Source: an uncultured Planctomycetota bacterium
GTDB taxonomy: Bacteria; Planctomycetota; Planctomycetia; Isosphaerales; Isosphaeraceae
Assembly: GCA_963845755.1 (NCBI GenBank)
Contig: CAWJTV010000033.1
Coordinates: forward strand, 480,001-544,000
Length of the DNA: 64,000 bases
Reading direction: 5' to 3'
Shown here in pieces: positions 21,592 to 30,522 of this stretch; position 1 is the stretch's first letter; every line of letters starts with the position of its first letter. The notes beneath the pieces are model-generated. The model was not told the DNA's origin. It did no database searches and saw only the letters and a list, made by a program, of their open reading frames with translations. Position numbers and translations under genes: made by a program.

Positions 21592-23805
21592 ATGAAATGG
21601 GACTGGATCCTCACGATCGCTTCAACCTTTTCGATGGTCTTGGCCGGTTCCGCTTCCGGCGCGGAGGAGGATCGGCGAATCGACGCGATGGTGGCCAGGT
21701 TGTCCCTGGAGGAGAAGCTCGGACAGCTCCAGCAGCTCGGAGGCGATGCGAACTCGGGCCGGCCGCGGGAGGGACAGCTCGACCTGGTCCGCCACGGCCG
21801 GATCGGCTCATTCCTGCAAGTGCGCGGCGCGAAGAATACCAATGAAGTCCAGCGGATCGCGATCGAGGAATCCGCGTCGAGGATCCCGATCCTGTTCGGC
21901 TTCGACGTGATTCATGGCTATCGGACGATCTTTCCCGCGCCGCTGGGCTCCGCCAGTAGCTGGGACCCCGCCTCGGCCGAGCGGTCGGCGCGAATCGCCG
22001 CCGCGGAGGCGTCGGCGGCCGGCGTGCGTTGGGTGTTCGCTCCGATGGTCGGCATCGCCCGGGACCCGCGTTGGGGACGGAACGTGGAGGGCGACGGTGA
22101 GGATCCGTACCTCGGTTCGGCGCTGGCTCGGGCCCGGGTCCGCGGATTCCAGGGGGACGACCTCGGCGCGAGCGGACATGTCGCCGCCTGCGCCAAGCAC
22201 TGGGTCGCCTACAGCGCGGTGGAAGCCGGACGAGAATACAACGCGGCCGACGTCTCGGAGCGGACGCTTCGGGAGATCTTTTTTCCACCGTTCCGGGCGG
22301 CCCAGGAAGCGGGCGCGGCTTCCTTCATGACCTCGCTCAACACCGTCAACGGCATCCCGGCCACGGCCAATCCGTTCACGATCGGCCGCGTGCTGCGCGG
22401 CGAGTGGCGATTCGATGGTCTGATCGTGAGCGATTACAATGCCGTGAAGCAACTCGTCCCTCACGGAATGGCGGCCGACGAGTGCGAGGCGGCCCGCCTG
22501 GCGCTGCTCGCGGGGATCGACATGGAGGAACAGAGCCGTGCGTTCAACACCTACGGCGCGCGACTCGTCCAGGAAGGGAAAGTCCCGATGTCGCGGATCG
22601 ACGAGGCGGTCAGGCGTGTCCTCCGCCTCAAGCTGCGCCTCGGCCTCTTCGATCACCCCTACACCGACGAGGACCGCGAGCATTCGGTGCTTCTCAGTCC
22701 GGAGCATCTCGCGGCCGCGCGGGAGATCGCCGGTCGTTCGATGGTCCTCTTGAAGAACGATCGTGCGACCCTGCCGCTCAAGCAACCTCTTCGGTCGATC
22801 GCCGTGCTGGGGCCGCTGGCCGATGATCGGCCTGCGCTCCTGGGTCACTGGCGAGGCGACGGCAAGGATGAGGACGTGGTCACGCTCCTGGACGGCATCC
22901 GCTCGAAGGCCGCGGAGGCCGGCGGCTCGACCCGGGTCGTCTTCGCCAGGGGCTGCGACGTGGAGGGAGACTCCCGGGCGGGCCTCGCCGAGGCCGTCCG
23001 GCTCGCGCGCGAGTCGGACATCGCCCTCCTCGCCGTCGGCGAGTCGGCGGCCATGACCGGCGAAGCCTCCTCGCGGACGTCGCTCGACCTTTCGGGCCGT
23101 CAGGAGGAGCTGGTCGAGGCGGTCGTCGCGACGGGGACCCCAACCGTCGTCGTGCTGATCAACGGCCGGCCCCTGACGATCGGCTGGATCGCCGAGCACG
23201 TGCCCGCGATCCTCGAAGCCTGGTTGCCGGGCACTCAAGGCGGACTTGCCATCGCCGATGTCCTCTTCGGCGACGTCAACCCCGGCGGAAAACTACCGAT
23301 CACGTTCCCGCGCGTCGTCGGCCAGATTCCCATTTACTACAACCACCTCAACACGGGCCGACCCGCGACGAGTTTCAAGTACACGTCGAAATACATCGAC
23401 AGCCCCGTCACACCCCTGTTTCCCTTCGGGCACGGCTTGAGTTATTGCCGCTTCCAGCTCGCGAACCTGCGGCTCAGTGCGCCTCGGATGACGATCCACG
23501 GTCAAGTGGTTGTGAGTGTCGACGTGCGGAACACCGGAGATCGGGCGGGTGATGAAGTGGTCCAGCTCTACATCCGTGACCTGGCGGCCAGCGTGGCGCG
23601 TCCTGTCCGGGAGCTCCGGGGCTTCGAACGGCTGACGCTCAAGCCGGACGAGACGCGGACCGTCCGGTTTCCGCTCGCGGCCGAAAGCCTGGGGTTCCAC
23701 GACGACCGTATGCGCTTCGTCGTCGAGCCGGGCGCGTTCAAAGTCTACGTCGGCAACAGCTCGGTCGGGGGACTGGAAGCCGATCTCGAAGTCGTCGCGG
23801 AATAG
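21592..23805 (+). CDS. bglX: GH3 beta-glucosidase (BglX-like), secreted
   Basis: DVIHGY, RDPRWGR, KHW, VSDY nucleophile, SMVLLKN, NPGGKLPITFP, PLFPFGHGLSY, EVVQLY Fn3-like C-terminus. Confidence 0.93.
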   Translation: MKWDWILTIASTFSMVLAGSASGAEEDRRIDAMVARLSLEEKLGQLQQLGGDANSGRPREGQLDLVRHGRIGSFLQVRGAKNTNEVQRIAIEESASRIPILFGFDVIHGYRTIFPAPLGSASSWDPASAERSARIAAAEASAAGVRWVFAPMVGIARDPRWGRNVEGDGEDPYLGSALARARVRGFQGDDLGASGHVAACAKHWVAYSAVEAGREYNAADVSERTLREIFFPPFRAAQEAGAASFMTSLNTVNGIPATANPFTIGRVLRGEWRFDGLIVSDYNAVKQLVPHGMAADECEAARLALLAGIDMEEQSRAFNTYGARLVQEGKVPMSRIDEAVRRVLRLKLRLGLFDHPYTDEDREHSVLLSPEHLAAAREIAGRSMVLLKNDRATLPLKQPLRSIAVLGPLADDRPALLGHWRGDGKDEDVVTLLDGIRSKAAEAGGSTRVVFARGCDVEGDSRAGLAEAVRLARESDIALLAVGESAAMTGEASSRTSLDLSGRQEELVEAVVATGTPTVVVLINGRPLTIGWIAEHVPAILEAWLPGTQGGLAIADVLFGDVNPGGKLPITFPRVVGQIPIYYNHLNTGRPATSFKYTSKYIDSPVTPLFPFGHGLSYCRFQLANLRLSAPRMTIHGQVVVSVDVRNTGDRAGDEVVQLYIRDLAASVARPVRELRGFERLTLKPDETRTVRFPLAAESLGFHDDRMRFVVEPGAFKVYVGNSSVGGLEADLEVVAE

Positions 23806-23940
23806 AATCGCGTCCCCCGGGTTCCACCCTGCGCGGAGCTCCTCCAGCCCGTTGGGCCGGGGAAACCGGCCCGGTTTCGGCGGCCGGAAGGGCGGCAGCA
23901 ACCGATCTCGTTCCCTCGCCCCCGCGTGGGAACCGCCTGT

Positions 23941-25470
23941 TCACGGAGGCGATTTCGAGTCGGACTCGCCCCCGCCGCGGAGAGCCGGGCCGGCGGAGTC
24001 CGGCCCCGCCGTGAACTCCTCAGGCGCGATCAACGGCCGGAGAATCCGCTCGCTCGGACCATCGATCAAGGCCCTCCGCATGGCGTCGTCGGCCAGGGCA
24101 TTGGCGATGGCCGCCATGATCATGCCCTGGTCCAGCAACAAGACGCGGTCGGCGACGAGCCCCGTGGAGACGTTCACCGAGTCCATGAAGCCGTAATCTC
24201 CATAAATCGGGAACGTCTCCTTGAGCTTCCGGAGATTCGCCATGGCCTCGCGCGGTGCGAATCGCAAGGCCAGGAATGAGGCGTGGGGCGTGACGATGCC
24301 GTTCGTGAACCGGCCCGTGGCCGCGGGCCGAGTGGGCTTGTTGGAGAGATCATCATTATTAGACCGATAACCCACCGGATCGGTGCCGATGGCATCGACT
24401 CCGTAGGTCTTGTATCCTCCCTCCGGATTGCAAGCGGGCGAGAAACCCCAGAAGCCGTATTTGGCCTCGTCCAGGCCGTGCTCGATCTGGGCCCGGACGT
24501 AAAGCGAGTGGTTGACGCCCCAGCTCCTCGGCGCCCACTGCTCTTCGGGCACGAAGAGCGCCACCATCAGGTCCTCGAACATGCTGCCGCCCCAGCTCGG
24601 CACGATCCGCATCCCCCGATACGTATAGTGCCCCTCGAAGACCGGGATGCCCAGGTAGGTCCGGATCGTCCCCTCGGGCTTCTGGCCTTGGTCCCCTTCA
24701 CCGGCCTTCAAGGTGCGTTCGAGGCGGTAATAATGCTCCGCCGGAATCTGACCGCGCACGATCCCGATGTAGCCGGCAATCCGCTGCTCGGTGTTGATGA
24801 TCCGGATGAAGCCACCGAACGTCTCAAGACCCACCTGATACGAGAGATGGAACTGGCCGGGATGGTGCTTGGGATCGGCTGCGTCGTAGGGCCCGTAGAA
24901 GAACCCGAAGTCCATGGGCTTCAGCAGGGCATCGGCCCGATCGCGGAGCGTCGGGCAAGAATTACGGACCATGATCAAGGCCGCCGCGAGCCAACCATTG
25001 TCCACGAGGGAGGCAACCGCCTGGATCGGCTTAGGATCACCGGGGAAGGCCTGGAGCCGTTTGCCCGTGCGGGCGTCCAGATCGTCGTAGAAGAATCCGT
25101 GGACCCGCTCCTGGCGTGCCAGGGCCACGAGGATCGGCTCCAGGCGGCGTTCTGCCGCATCCAGCCCGATGATCTTCAACCGTTCGGCGGCCAGGACGCT
25201 CCATAAGTAGGAGGCGACGTCCGGCGGCGAGGTCACGGCCGAAGACTCCCAGGTCCCATCGCGCCGGTGGAAGAGGCCATCGACCGGCAGCACGCCCCCC
25301 TCGCCCATGGCCACGACCGATTTCCAGGTCGCTCGGGCATAGCCGAGGAGGTCCTCCCGGTCGCGGGCGTCCAGGCCATCTCGATCGGCGGCGAAAGCCC
25401 CCGCGCCCATCACGAGGAAGGACCAGAGGGCCGCGGACAACAAGATCCTGATTCGTGGTTCCGTACTCAA
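23941..25470 (-). CDS. secreted glucoamylase-family (DUF3131/Glycoamylase; GH144-like) protein
   Basis: signal peptide; SLVDNGWL, VPSWGGSMFE, WGFSPA, VTPHASFLAL, YGDYGFMDSVN, LDQGMI. Confidence 0.85.
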   Translation of the reverse strand: MSTEPRIRILLSAALWSFLVMGAGAFAADRDGLDARDREDLLGYARATWKSVVAMGEGGVLPVDGLFHRRDGTWESSAVTSPPDVASYLWSVLAAERLKIIGLDAAERRLEPILVALARQERVHGFFYDDLDARTGKRLQAFPGDPKPIQAVASLVDNGWLAAALIMVRNSCPTLRDRADALLKPMDFGFFYGPYDAADPKHHPGQFHLSYQVGLETFGGFIRIINTEQRIAGYIGIVRGQIPAEHYYRLERTLKAGEGDQGQKPEGTIRTYLGIPVFEGHYTYRGMRIVPSWGGSMFEDLMVALFVPEEQWAPRSWGVNHSLYVRAQIEHGLDEAKYGFWGFSPACNPEGGYKTYGVDAIGTDPVGYRSNNDDLSNKPTRPAATGRFTNGIVTPHASFLALRFAPREAMANLRKLKETFPIYGDYGFMDSVNVSTGLVADRVLLLDQGMIMAAIANALADDAMRRALIDGPSERILRPLIAPEEFTAGPDSAGPALRGGGESDSKSPP

Positions 25471-25897
25471 GACGCGCTCCTGCGATTGAAAAGCGTTCGC
25501 GATGCCGGCACGAGACGATTCACAAACCTCATGCCAACGTAGTAGGAAGCGCGGTGAAACTCAAGGACGGATTCACACCCTGGACCGGATGCCGGATTCG
25601 TCTTGACTCCTCCGCGCGAGGTCGAGTCTTCCTCGGTCGGATTACCGCGTTGCGCACGAATGTTGAGGATGGAAGAGTTTTACGCGGAGGCGAATCGGAT
25701 TTGGGCCGAGGATCGCCCTCTCGGCGTCCTCTGCACCTCCGCGAGAGGCTCGGTTGCGTCTTCGCACGAGAGCCGGTCGTGGACGATCATGGACGCGTCT
25801 CACGCGGAATTCCGCCCATCGATCGGGCTTCCCCTCGGTCAACGACCCGAGGCTCGCCATGCCGTGCCCATCCGGGTCGACCTCGCAACACCGTTCC

Positions 25898-27526
25898 TCA
25901 ATTCAGCCCGCTGCTCGACCGGCCCTTGGGCCCGATCATGCCCCAGCGCACGGACATCCGGCCGTCGCTGCCGTCCTTCACGTTCAGGAATCGGCGCGTG
26001 TAACCCTCGGGCAGCGGTTCCGGCTCGCGCTTCGGCTGCGGGGCGCCCGGGTCGATCTTGAGGCGGAAGTCTTCGTCCGGGATCGGCTGATTGACGCGGG
26101 AATAAGAGAAGTTGATCGTGAAAGTGACGAAGAGCTGGGTAACGAGGAGGGTCTCGACGCGTGCCGGTAGGAACGTCTCGACGTCGATGGACCATTCGAG
26201 GATGGTACCGGGTAGGTTGCGCGCCAGGTCGTCCAGTTTCCAGGATCGGATACGATGGCAACGGCGTCCGCCCACGACTGTTTCGCCCAGGTATTGCAGC
26301 TTCCGGTCCCGGATGATCTGAATGGCGTCGGCCGGACCCTTGGCGTCGAAGGCATCGCAGAGCGCGACGTTCTTCTCGGCCACCGACTCGAAGGGGACGA
26401 GGGCCTGCTGGTCCTGCCCGCGCCACGAGCAGTTCACGCCATCGCTGCCGACCCGGAAGGGGATGCCCATGATCGCGTCGACCTCGGCGAAGAACTTCCG
26501 TTCGCCTTGCATCGCGAACCGTGAGCCTTGAACGTCATAGGACTGGTACCAATCCGGCGAGGCGAGACCGACGACGCTGGTCGTGACGACCTCTTCCGAG
26601 ACACTGCTCAATTTCCGCCGAGCTTCGCGGACTTTTTCGACCACCTGGCGCAAGACGTCCGATCGTCCCGCTCGCTCGATCTCCGCCAGCAACGACTCGT
26701 CGACGAGCCGGCTCCGGGTCCGATAGTTGAGCGCGATCGGTTCGGCCTCGACCCCGTCCTGACCGCGGAACTCCTTGAGCGGGACCTCGCCGTTCCAATC
26801 GGCGGGCAGGCTCAGCCGCATGGCAAACCGGTATTTCGCCGCGTCATAATCGGGCTGACCGATCAGGGTGAGCTGCCGGTCATGTCCACCGCGCGCTCGA
26901 TCGGCTTCAATCCATAGGCGGTCGGGTCCATCGGCCGGTCGAACGTCAGCTCCAGGAGGGTCAGTTGGGCGACCTCGGAATCGGGAGTGGGGCTCACGGA
27001 CACCAGCCGCGGCGGCGGCCCGTCCTTGGCGATCCGCTTCGCCGTCGTGAACGACCAAGAGAACGGCTCCGCCGCGACGTGCTCCGCCGATTCGAACCCC
27101 TGGAAAGCCCCCGCCTGGAAGACGTGCTTTTTCCCGGCCGTGACCTGATGCCTGGCACCCGGGGTGAGCTGCACGGGGATGATGAACTCGTGGGTGTCGG
27201 CCGAGTACCGCGCCTCGCCTCGGGGTCGGAAGCCGGCGTCGGACTTGATAAAGGCCCATTCGAGCACCATTCGGTTTGGCTCCATCGGCCGGTCGAACTG
27301 GATGCGAATCTCGGTGACCGGATCGACGTCGGTCGCGCCGTCGGCCGGTGTAACCTGCACGATCTTCGGCCGAGTGGTTCCGTCCCGAGGCGGGGCCGAT
27401 TCGCGCCCTCACCGCGAGTGGCCCTCCGGCCATGGGGTCCACGATCCACAGAACGCCCACCGCAGCGATCAGAGCGATCGCGATCATCGGCTTCCACGAG
27501 CGGATCGACAGGACGGGGAATCGCAT
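25898..27526 (-). CDS. secreted protein with two Ig-like (Big_5-type) domains and a LolA-like C-terminus (frameshifted)
   Basis: N-terminal TM; VTPADGATDVDPVTEIRIQFDRPM and VSVSPTPDSEV..LTFDRPMD in an alternate frame; YLGETVVGGRRCHRI..WSIDVETFLP. Confidence 0.7.
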   Translation of the reverse strand: MRFPVLSIRSWKPMIAIALIAAVGVLWIVDPMAGGPLAVRARIGPASGRNHSAEDRAGYTGRRRDRRRSGHRDSHPVRPADGAKPNGARMGLYQVRRRLPTPRRGAVLGRHPRVHHPRAAHPGCQASGHGREKARLPGGGFPGVRIGGARRGGAVLLVVHDGEADRQGRAAAAAGVREPHSRFRGRPTDPPGADVRPADGPDRLWIEADRARGGHDRQLTLIGQPDYDAAKYRFAMRLSLPADWNGEVPLKEFRGQDGVEAEPIALNYRTRSRLVDESLLAEIERAGRSDVLRQVVEKVREARRKLSSVSEEVVTTSVVGLASPDWYQSYDVQGSRFAMQGERKFFAEVDAIMGIPFRVGSDGVNCSWRGQDQQALVPFESVAEKNVALCDAFDAKGPADAIQIIRDRKLQYLGETVVGGRRCHRIRSWKLDDLARNLPGTILEWSIDVETFLPARVETLLVTQLFVTFTINFSYSRVNQPIPDEDFRLKIDPGAPQPKREPEPLPEGYTRRFLNVKDGSDGRMSVRWGMIGPKGRSSSGLN

Positions 27527-27835
27527 GGCCAGAGGCTCCCAACGTCGTCTCAGGGTTACGATGCCGGTAACGAGTCCTTAGCTTTCGGAGAGACCCACCC
27601 TGATTATCGCGGCGCGGCCGGCGAGCGGAAAGCCCGCGGCGGCCAACGCTCAACGATGCGAACTGTCTCAACGCGGATGCGAAGTGGAACGCGTCGAACC
27701 TGAGTTCGACGGTCAAGGCGCGTTGGAGTAGAATAGCAGAAACGATCGGAATCCCAGAGTATCGGGTTTGGCGATGAATCGATCCTGATTGACCGAGAGA
27801 GACCCCATACCTGCCCGCGAAGGAGATCCTGGACC

Positions 27836-28384
27836 ATGGGAATGACTGGAACGAAGGCCAAGAGGACGAAGAAGACAGCCCCGTCCCCACGGAGTGGAGA
27901 CAGCCCCGATCCGCGCGTCTCCCGGGTCACGACCCTCTTCAAACACCTGGCCGATCCCATCACCTTGAAGATCCTCGCCCTGGTCAACGAAGCGAGCAAC
28001 GTCGCCCGGATCGCGGCCGCCGGCGCCCAGGACGAATCCGCCGTGAGGGACCAACTCGCGGTCCTCCACAACGATGGCCTCGTCTCGCTTCGCCGACAAG
28101 GGAAACAAGACCTGTACGTCCTCACCGCTCGGGGCCGGCGGGTGCTGGAGATGGTCCGGTGGTTGGTCTATGTCGAACAGCCCGCGGATGAAGAGCCGGT
28201 GACTACCGCCATCGACCCGGAATTGCTCAAAGATGTGGGCGGATTAGTCGATGATCCCGTGGGCTGGTTTCTCACGCGGAATCCTGAGTTTGAAGGGCGG
28301 CGGCCAATCGAGTTGCTTGGTACACCCGACGAAGAATGGTTGAGGAACCGCATCCTGGCGGCGAAGCTCGGGATGTTTTCATGA
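27836..28384 (+). CDS. ArsR-type wHTH fused to a Xre/MbcA/ParS (DUF2384) antitoxin domain
   Basis: FKHLADPITLKIL..ESAVRDQLAVL..GLVSLRRQGKQ; C-terminal WFLTRNPEFEGRRPIELLGT..GMFS; ATGA overlap with the RES gene. Confidence 0.85.
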   Translation: MGMTGTKAKRTKKTAPSPRSGDSPDPRVSRVTTLFKHLADPITLKILALVNEASNVARIAAAGAQDESAVRDQLAVLHNDGLVSLRRQGKQDLYVLTARGRRVLEMVRWLVYVEQPADEEPVTTAIDPELLKDVGGLVDDPVGWFLTRNPEFEGRRPIELLGTPDEEWLRNRILAAKLGMFS

Positions 28385-28956
28385 ATCTCAGAGTGTGCAA
28401 ACGGCTCGCGTTGCAACCGATCAACGCCACCTGGTATCGGGCGATCGCGGCCGAACACTGGGAGACCGCGCTCCGGACCGACCAGACTCTCCATACCCCG
28501 TCCCGTTTCAATCCCGGCCACGCCGCCAAGACTCCCTTCGAGGTTTTCTACCTCGCGGAGAATCAATTCGTGGCCCTCTACGAGGTCGGAGCGATCTTCG
28601 GGCCGCCCGATCAGCCCGTCTCCCATCCGAGCAAGAGGAAAATGACACCCATCGACGTCAGCGTGCGCTTGTGGTCGGTCGCCGACCTCACCGATCCCAC
28701 GCAACAGGCGCTGCTCGAGACCTCCGCGCAAGAGCTGACGGGCCTTTGGAAACTCTATCCGCCCGGCGAAGCACCGACCCAGCGCTCGGGCGCCGCCCTC
28801 TTCGCGGCAGGGAATGTCGAAGGCTTCCTGGCGATCTCGACCAAGATGCACCAATGCAGGACGCTGATCGTCTTCCCGAAGAAGCTCCGCAAGGGGAGCG
28901 AGCTCGTATTCGAGGACATCATCACTCGCAGGACGCATCGGATCGCGTCGTCTTGA
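28381..28956 (+). CDS. RES domain toxin (NAD+ phosphorylase/mART family)
   Basis: WYR, SRFN, FYLAEN..ALYE, GFLAIS, LIVF: the R-E-S triad. Confidence 0.85.
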   Translation: MNLRVCKRLALQPINATWYRAIAAEHWETALRTDQTLHTPSRFNPGHAAKTPFEVFYLAENQFVALYEVGAIFGPPDQPVSHPSKRKMTPIDVSVRLWSVADLTDPTQQALLETSAQELTGLWKLYPPGEAPTQRSGAALFAAGNVEGFLAISTKMHQCRTLIVFPKKLRKGSELVFEDIITRRTHRIASS

Positions 28957-29033
28957 ATCGACAGGCAAGTGACTGAGGCAGCTTCCCCGGTATTTCGTCG
29001 CGAGCCCGGCGACTCCGAAGCTCACCGCGGACG

Positions 29034-29804
29034 CTACGCGAACTTGACCTCGACTTGGTACCAGGTCCCCGGCTTGAAGGGACGAGCGCCCGGATGATGG
29101 CTGAAGGCCGGCACGGGGCGACGCGCGCCGCCCAGGCGGATCCACGGACGGGACCAGTCGATGTCGCGCGTAGAGTTGGTCACGCTCTGCCCCGCCGTGT
29201 CCCGAAACTCGATAGTCAGCGTCCACCGCCGCACCTGGGTTCCAGAGAGGATCAGCGCGTCATGAGGCACGAAGAGTATCTGTTGCCGGGGCGTGTAGCC
29301 GGGACCGAGGCCGGCGTCCGGACGGAGGGAGCGAGGATGCCGCCCGCGCGTCGGGTGACGGGTCATGCAATAATGGCGGATGAGATCGGCCAGCATCGCG
29401 GTCCGGTGGTAGTCCTGCGAGGACGGGTTGAGCAGTTCATGGGGCCGATGGCCGAACGTCTGAAGGGCGACCGGATCTTCCACGTCAACGACCTGGGGAG
29501 CAATCCCCAGCGTGAAGCACCAGAGGAGATGATCGAGGGCGAGGGGGAGTTTCGGGGGATCGAGCGGGGAGGCGCTCAATGGTCCGCCACCGATGACCTT
29601 CTGGAGATTGACGGCACGATGGAACGCGTATTCCGCGATGCTGACCAGAGGGTCTTCGGCCGCGTAGACCGTCTTCTGATGGATGCGATTGTACCGGCCA
29701 CCGGCCGAGAAGTAGGCCCCGGCTCCAGATAGCACGCCCGGCCAGGGCAGACTTTGATCGGTCACACGATAGAGAAGCGTGCCGGGATTGAGGGTCTGGA
29801 GCAT
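29034..29804 (-). CDS. second RES domain protein (compensating frameshifts near 29310-29370)
   Basis: LYR, GGRYN, VYAAED..IAEY; GILAPSVR readable in a shifted frame at ~29320-29345. Confidence 0.8.
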   Translation of the reverse strand: MLQTLNPGTLLYRVTDQSLPWPGVLSGAGAYFSAGGRYNRIHQKTVYAAEDPLVSIAEYAFHRAVNLQKVIGGGPLSASPLDPPKLPLALDHLLWCFTLGIAPQVVDVEDPVALQTFGHRPHELLNPSSQDYHRTAMLADLIRHYCMTRHPTRGRHPRSLRPDAGLGPGYTPRQQILFVPHDALILSGTQVRRWTLTIEFRDTAGQSVTNSTRDIDWSRPWIRLGGARRPVPAFSHHPGARPFKPGTWYQVEVKFA

Positions 29805-29828
29805 AAGGGGGAGGTCGCAGGGAAGAAC

Positions 29829-30329
29829 TCAGGTTTCGGGGCGATCGGCCTCAGCCTGGGATTCGACAAGGTAGCTGATGAGCGAGGTGAGCGCCTGGTC
29901 ACCTCCCTCATGGATGCGGCCGACCCAAACGTCGGACACCTTACCGTTCCGCCTGGCATGCAGACGCTTGATCGCACCCTCCTCGCCCGCCGCTTGGGAA
30001 GCTTCCCCTCGCCGGGTGGCTGCCGCCTTCCGGATGTTCCCCGCCAACGTGTGCCAATCATACTGGTACAACGAGAGGAGCAGCGACAACAACCCTTCGA
30101 GCCCGAGGGCGTTATCCGCCCACTCCGGGTCCTCGACGATCTCTTTCAGATCGTCGTCTTTCCGCAGCGCCGCCTCACGCACCGACAGGCCGATCATCCG
30201 GAGGAGACGGACCCGATCGATCCCGAGAGCCTGACCCCACCACTCGAGCTGCGCGGGAAGCTCTTTGGGATAGGACTTCGCGAAAGTCCTGGCCTGACGC
30301 GAGATTCTCTCGTAAACCGTCATCGACAC
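29829..30329 (-). CDS. putative divergent antitoxin of the second RES gene
   Basis: ends 24 nt upstream of the RES gene, same strand; HTH-like WWGQALGIDRVRLLRMIG; C-terminal IHEGGDQALTSLISYL. Confidence 0.6.
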   Translation of the reverse strand: MSMTVYERISRQARTFAKSYPKELPAQLEWWGQALGIDRVRLLRMIGLSVREAALRKDDDLKEIVEDPEWADNALGLEGLLSLLLSLYQYDWHTLAGNIRKAAATRRGEASQAAGEEGAIKRLHARRNGKVSDVWVGRIHEGGDQALTSLISYLVESQAEADRPET

Positions 30330-30522
30330 TCCCCGGTACGACCTCGAGCCGAGAATTGAACGCCCCCTTTCTCTGCTTCCGATTATCCGATCTTTCGCGG
30401 GGAAAAGCCATTTCAGCTCGCCCGACTCGCTCGGAGCCGGAACCCGTGAGATCGGCTCGGCGGCACGGGCGGGCCTGGGGTGGTCCGTCCGGTGAGTCGG
30501 GGGATAGGATGCGATCGGCGAC

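Noticed and set aside
23906..23934. Terminator between bglX and the glucoamylase-family gene
   Set aside because: Looks like a lone degenerate CTCGTTCCC..GTGGGAAC REP half with no U-tract; too weak to call
25455..25900. Short plus-strand ORFs between the glucoamylase-family and Ig-like genes
   Set aside because: No recognisable motif or consistent frame; cannot be supported
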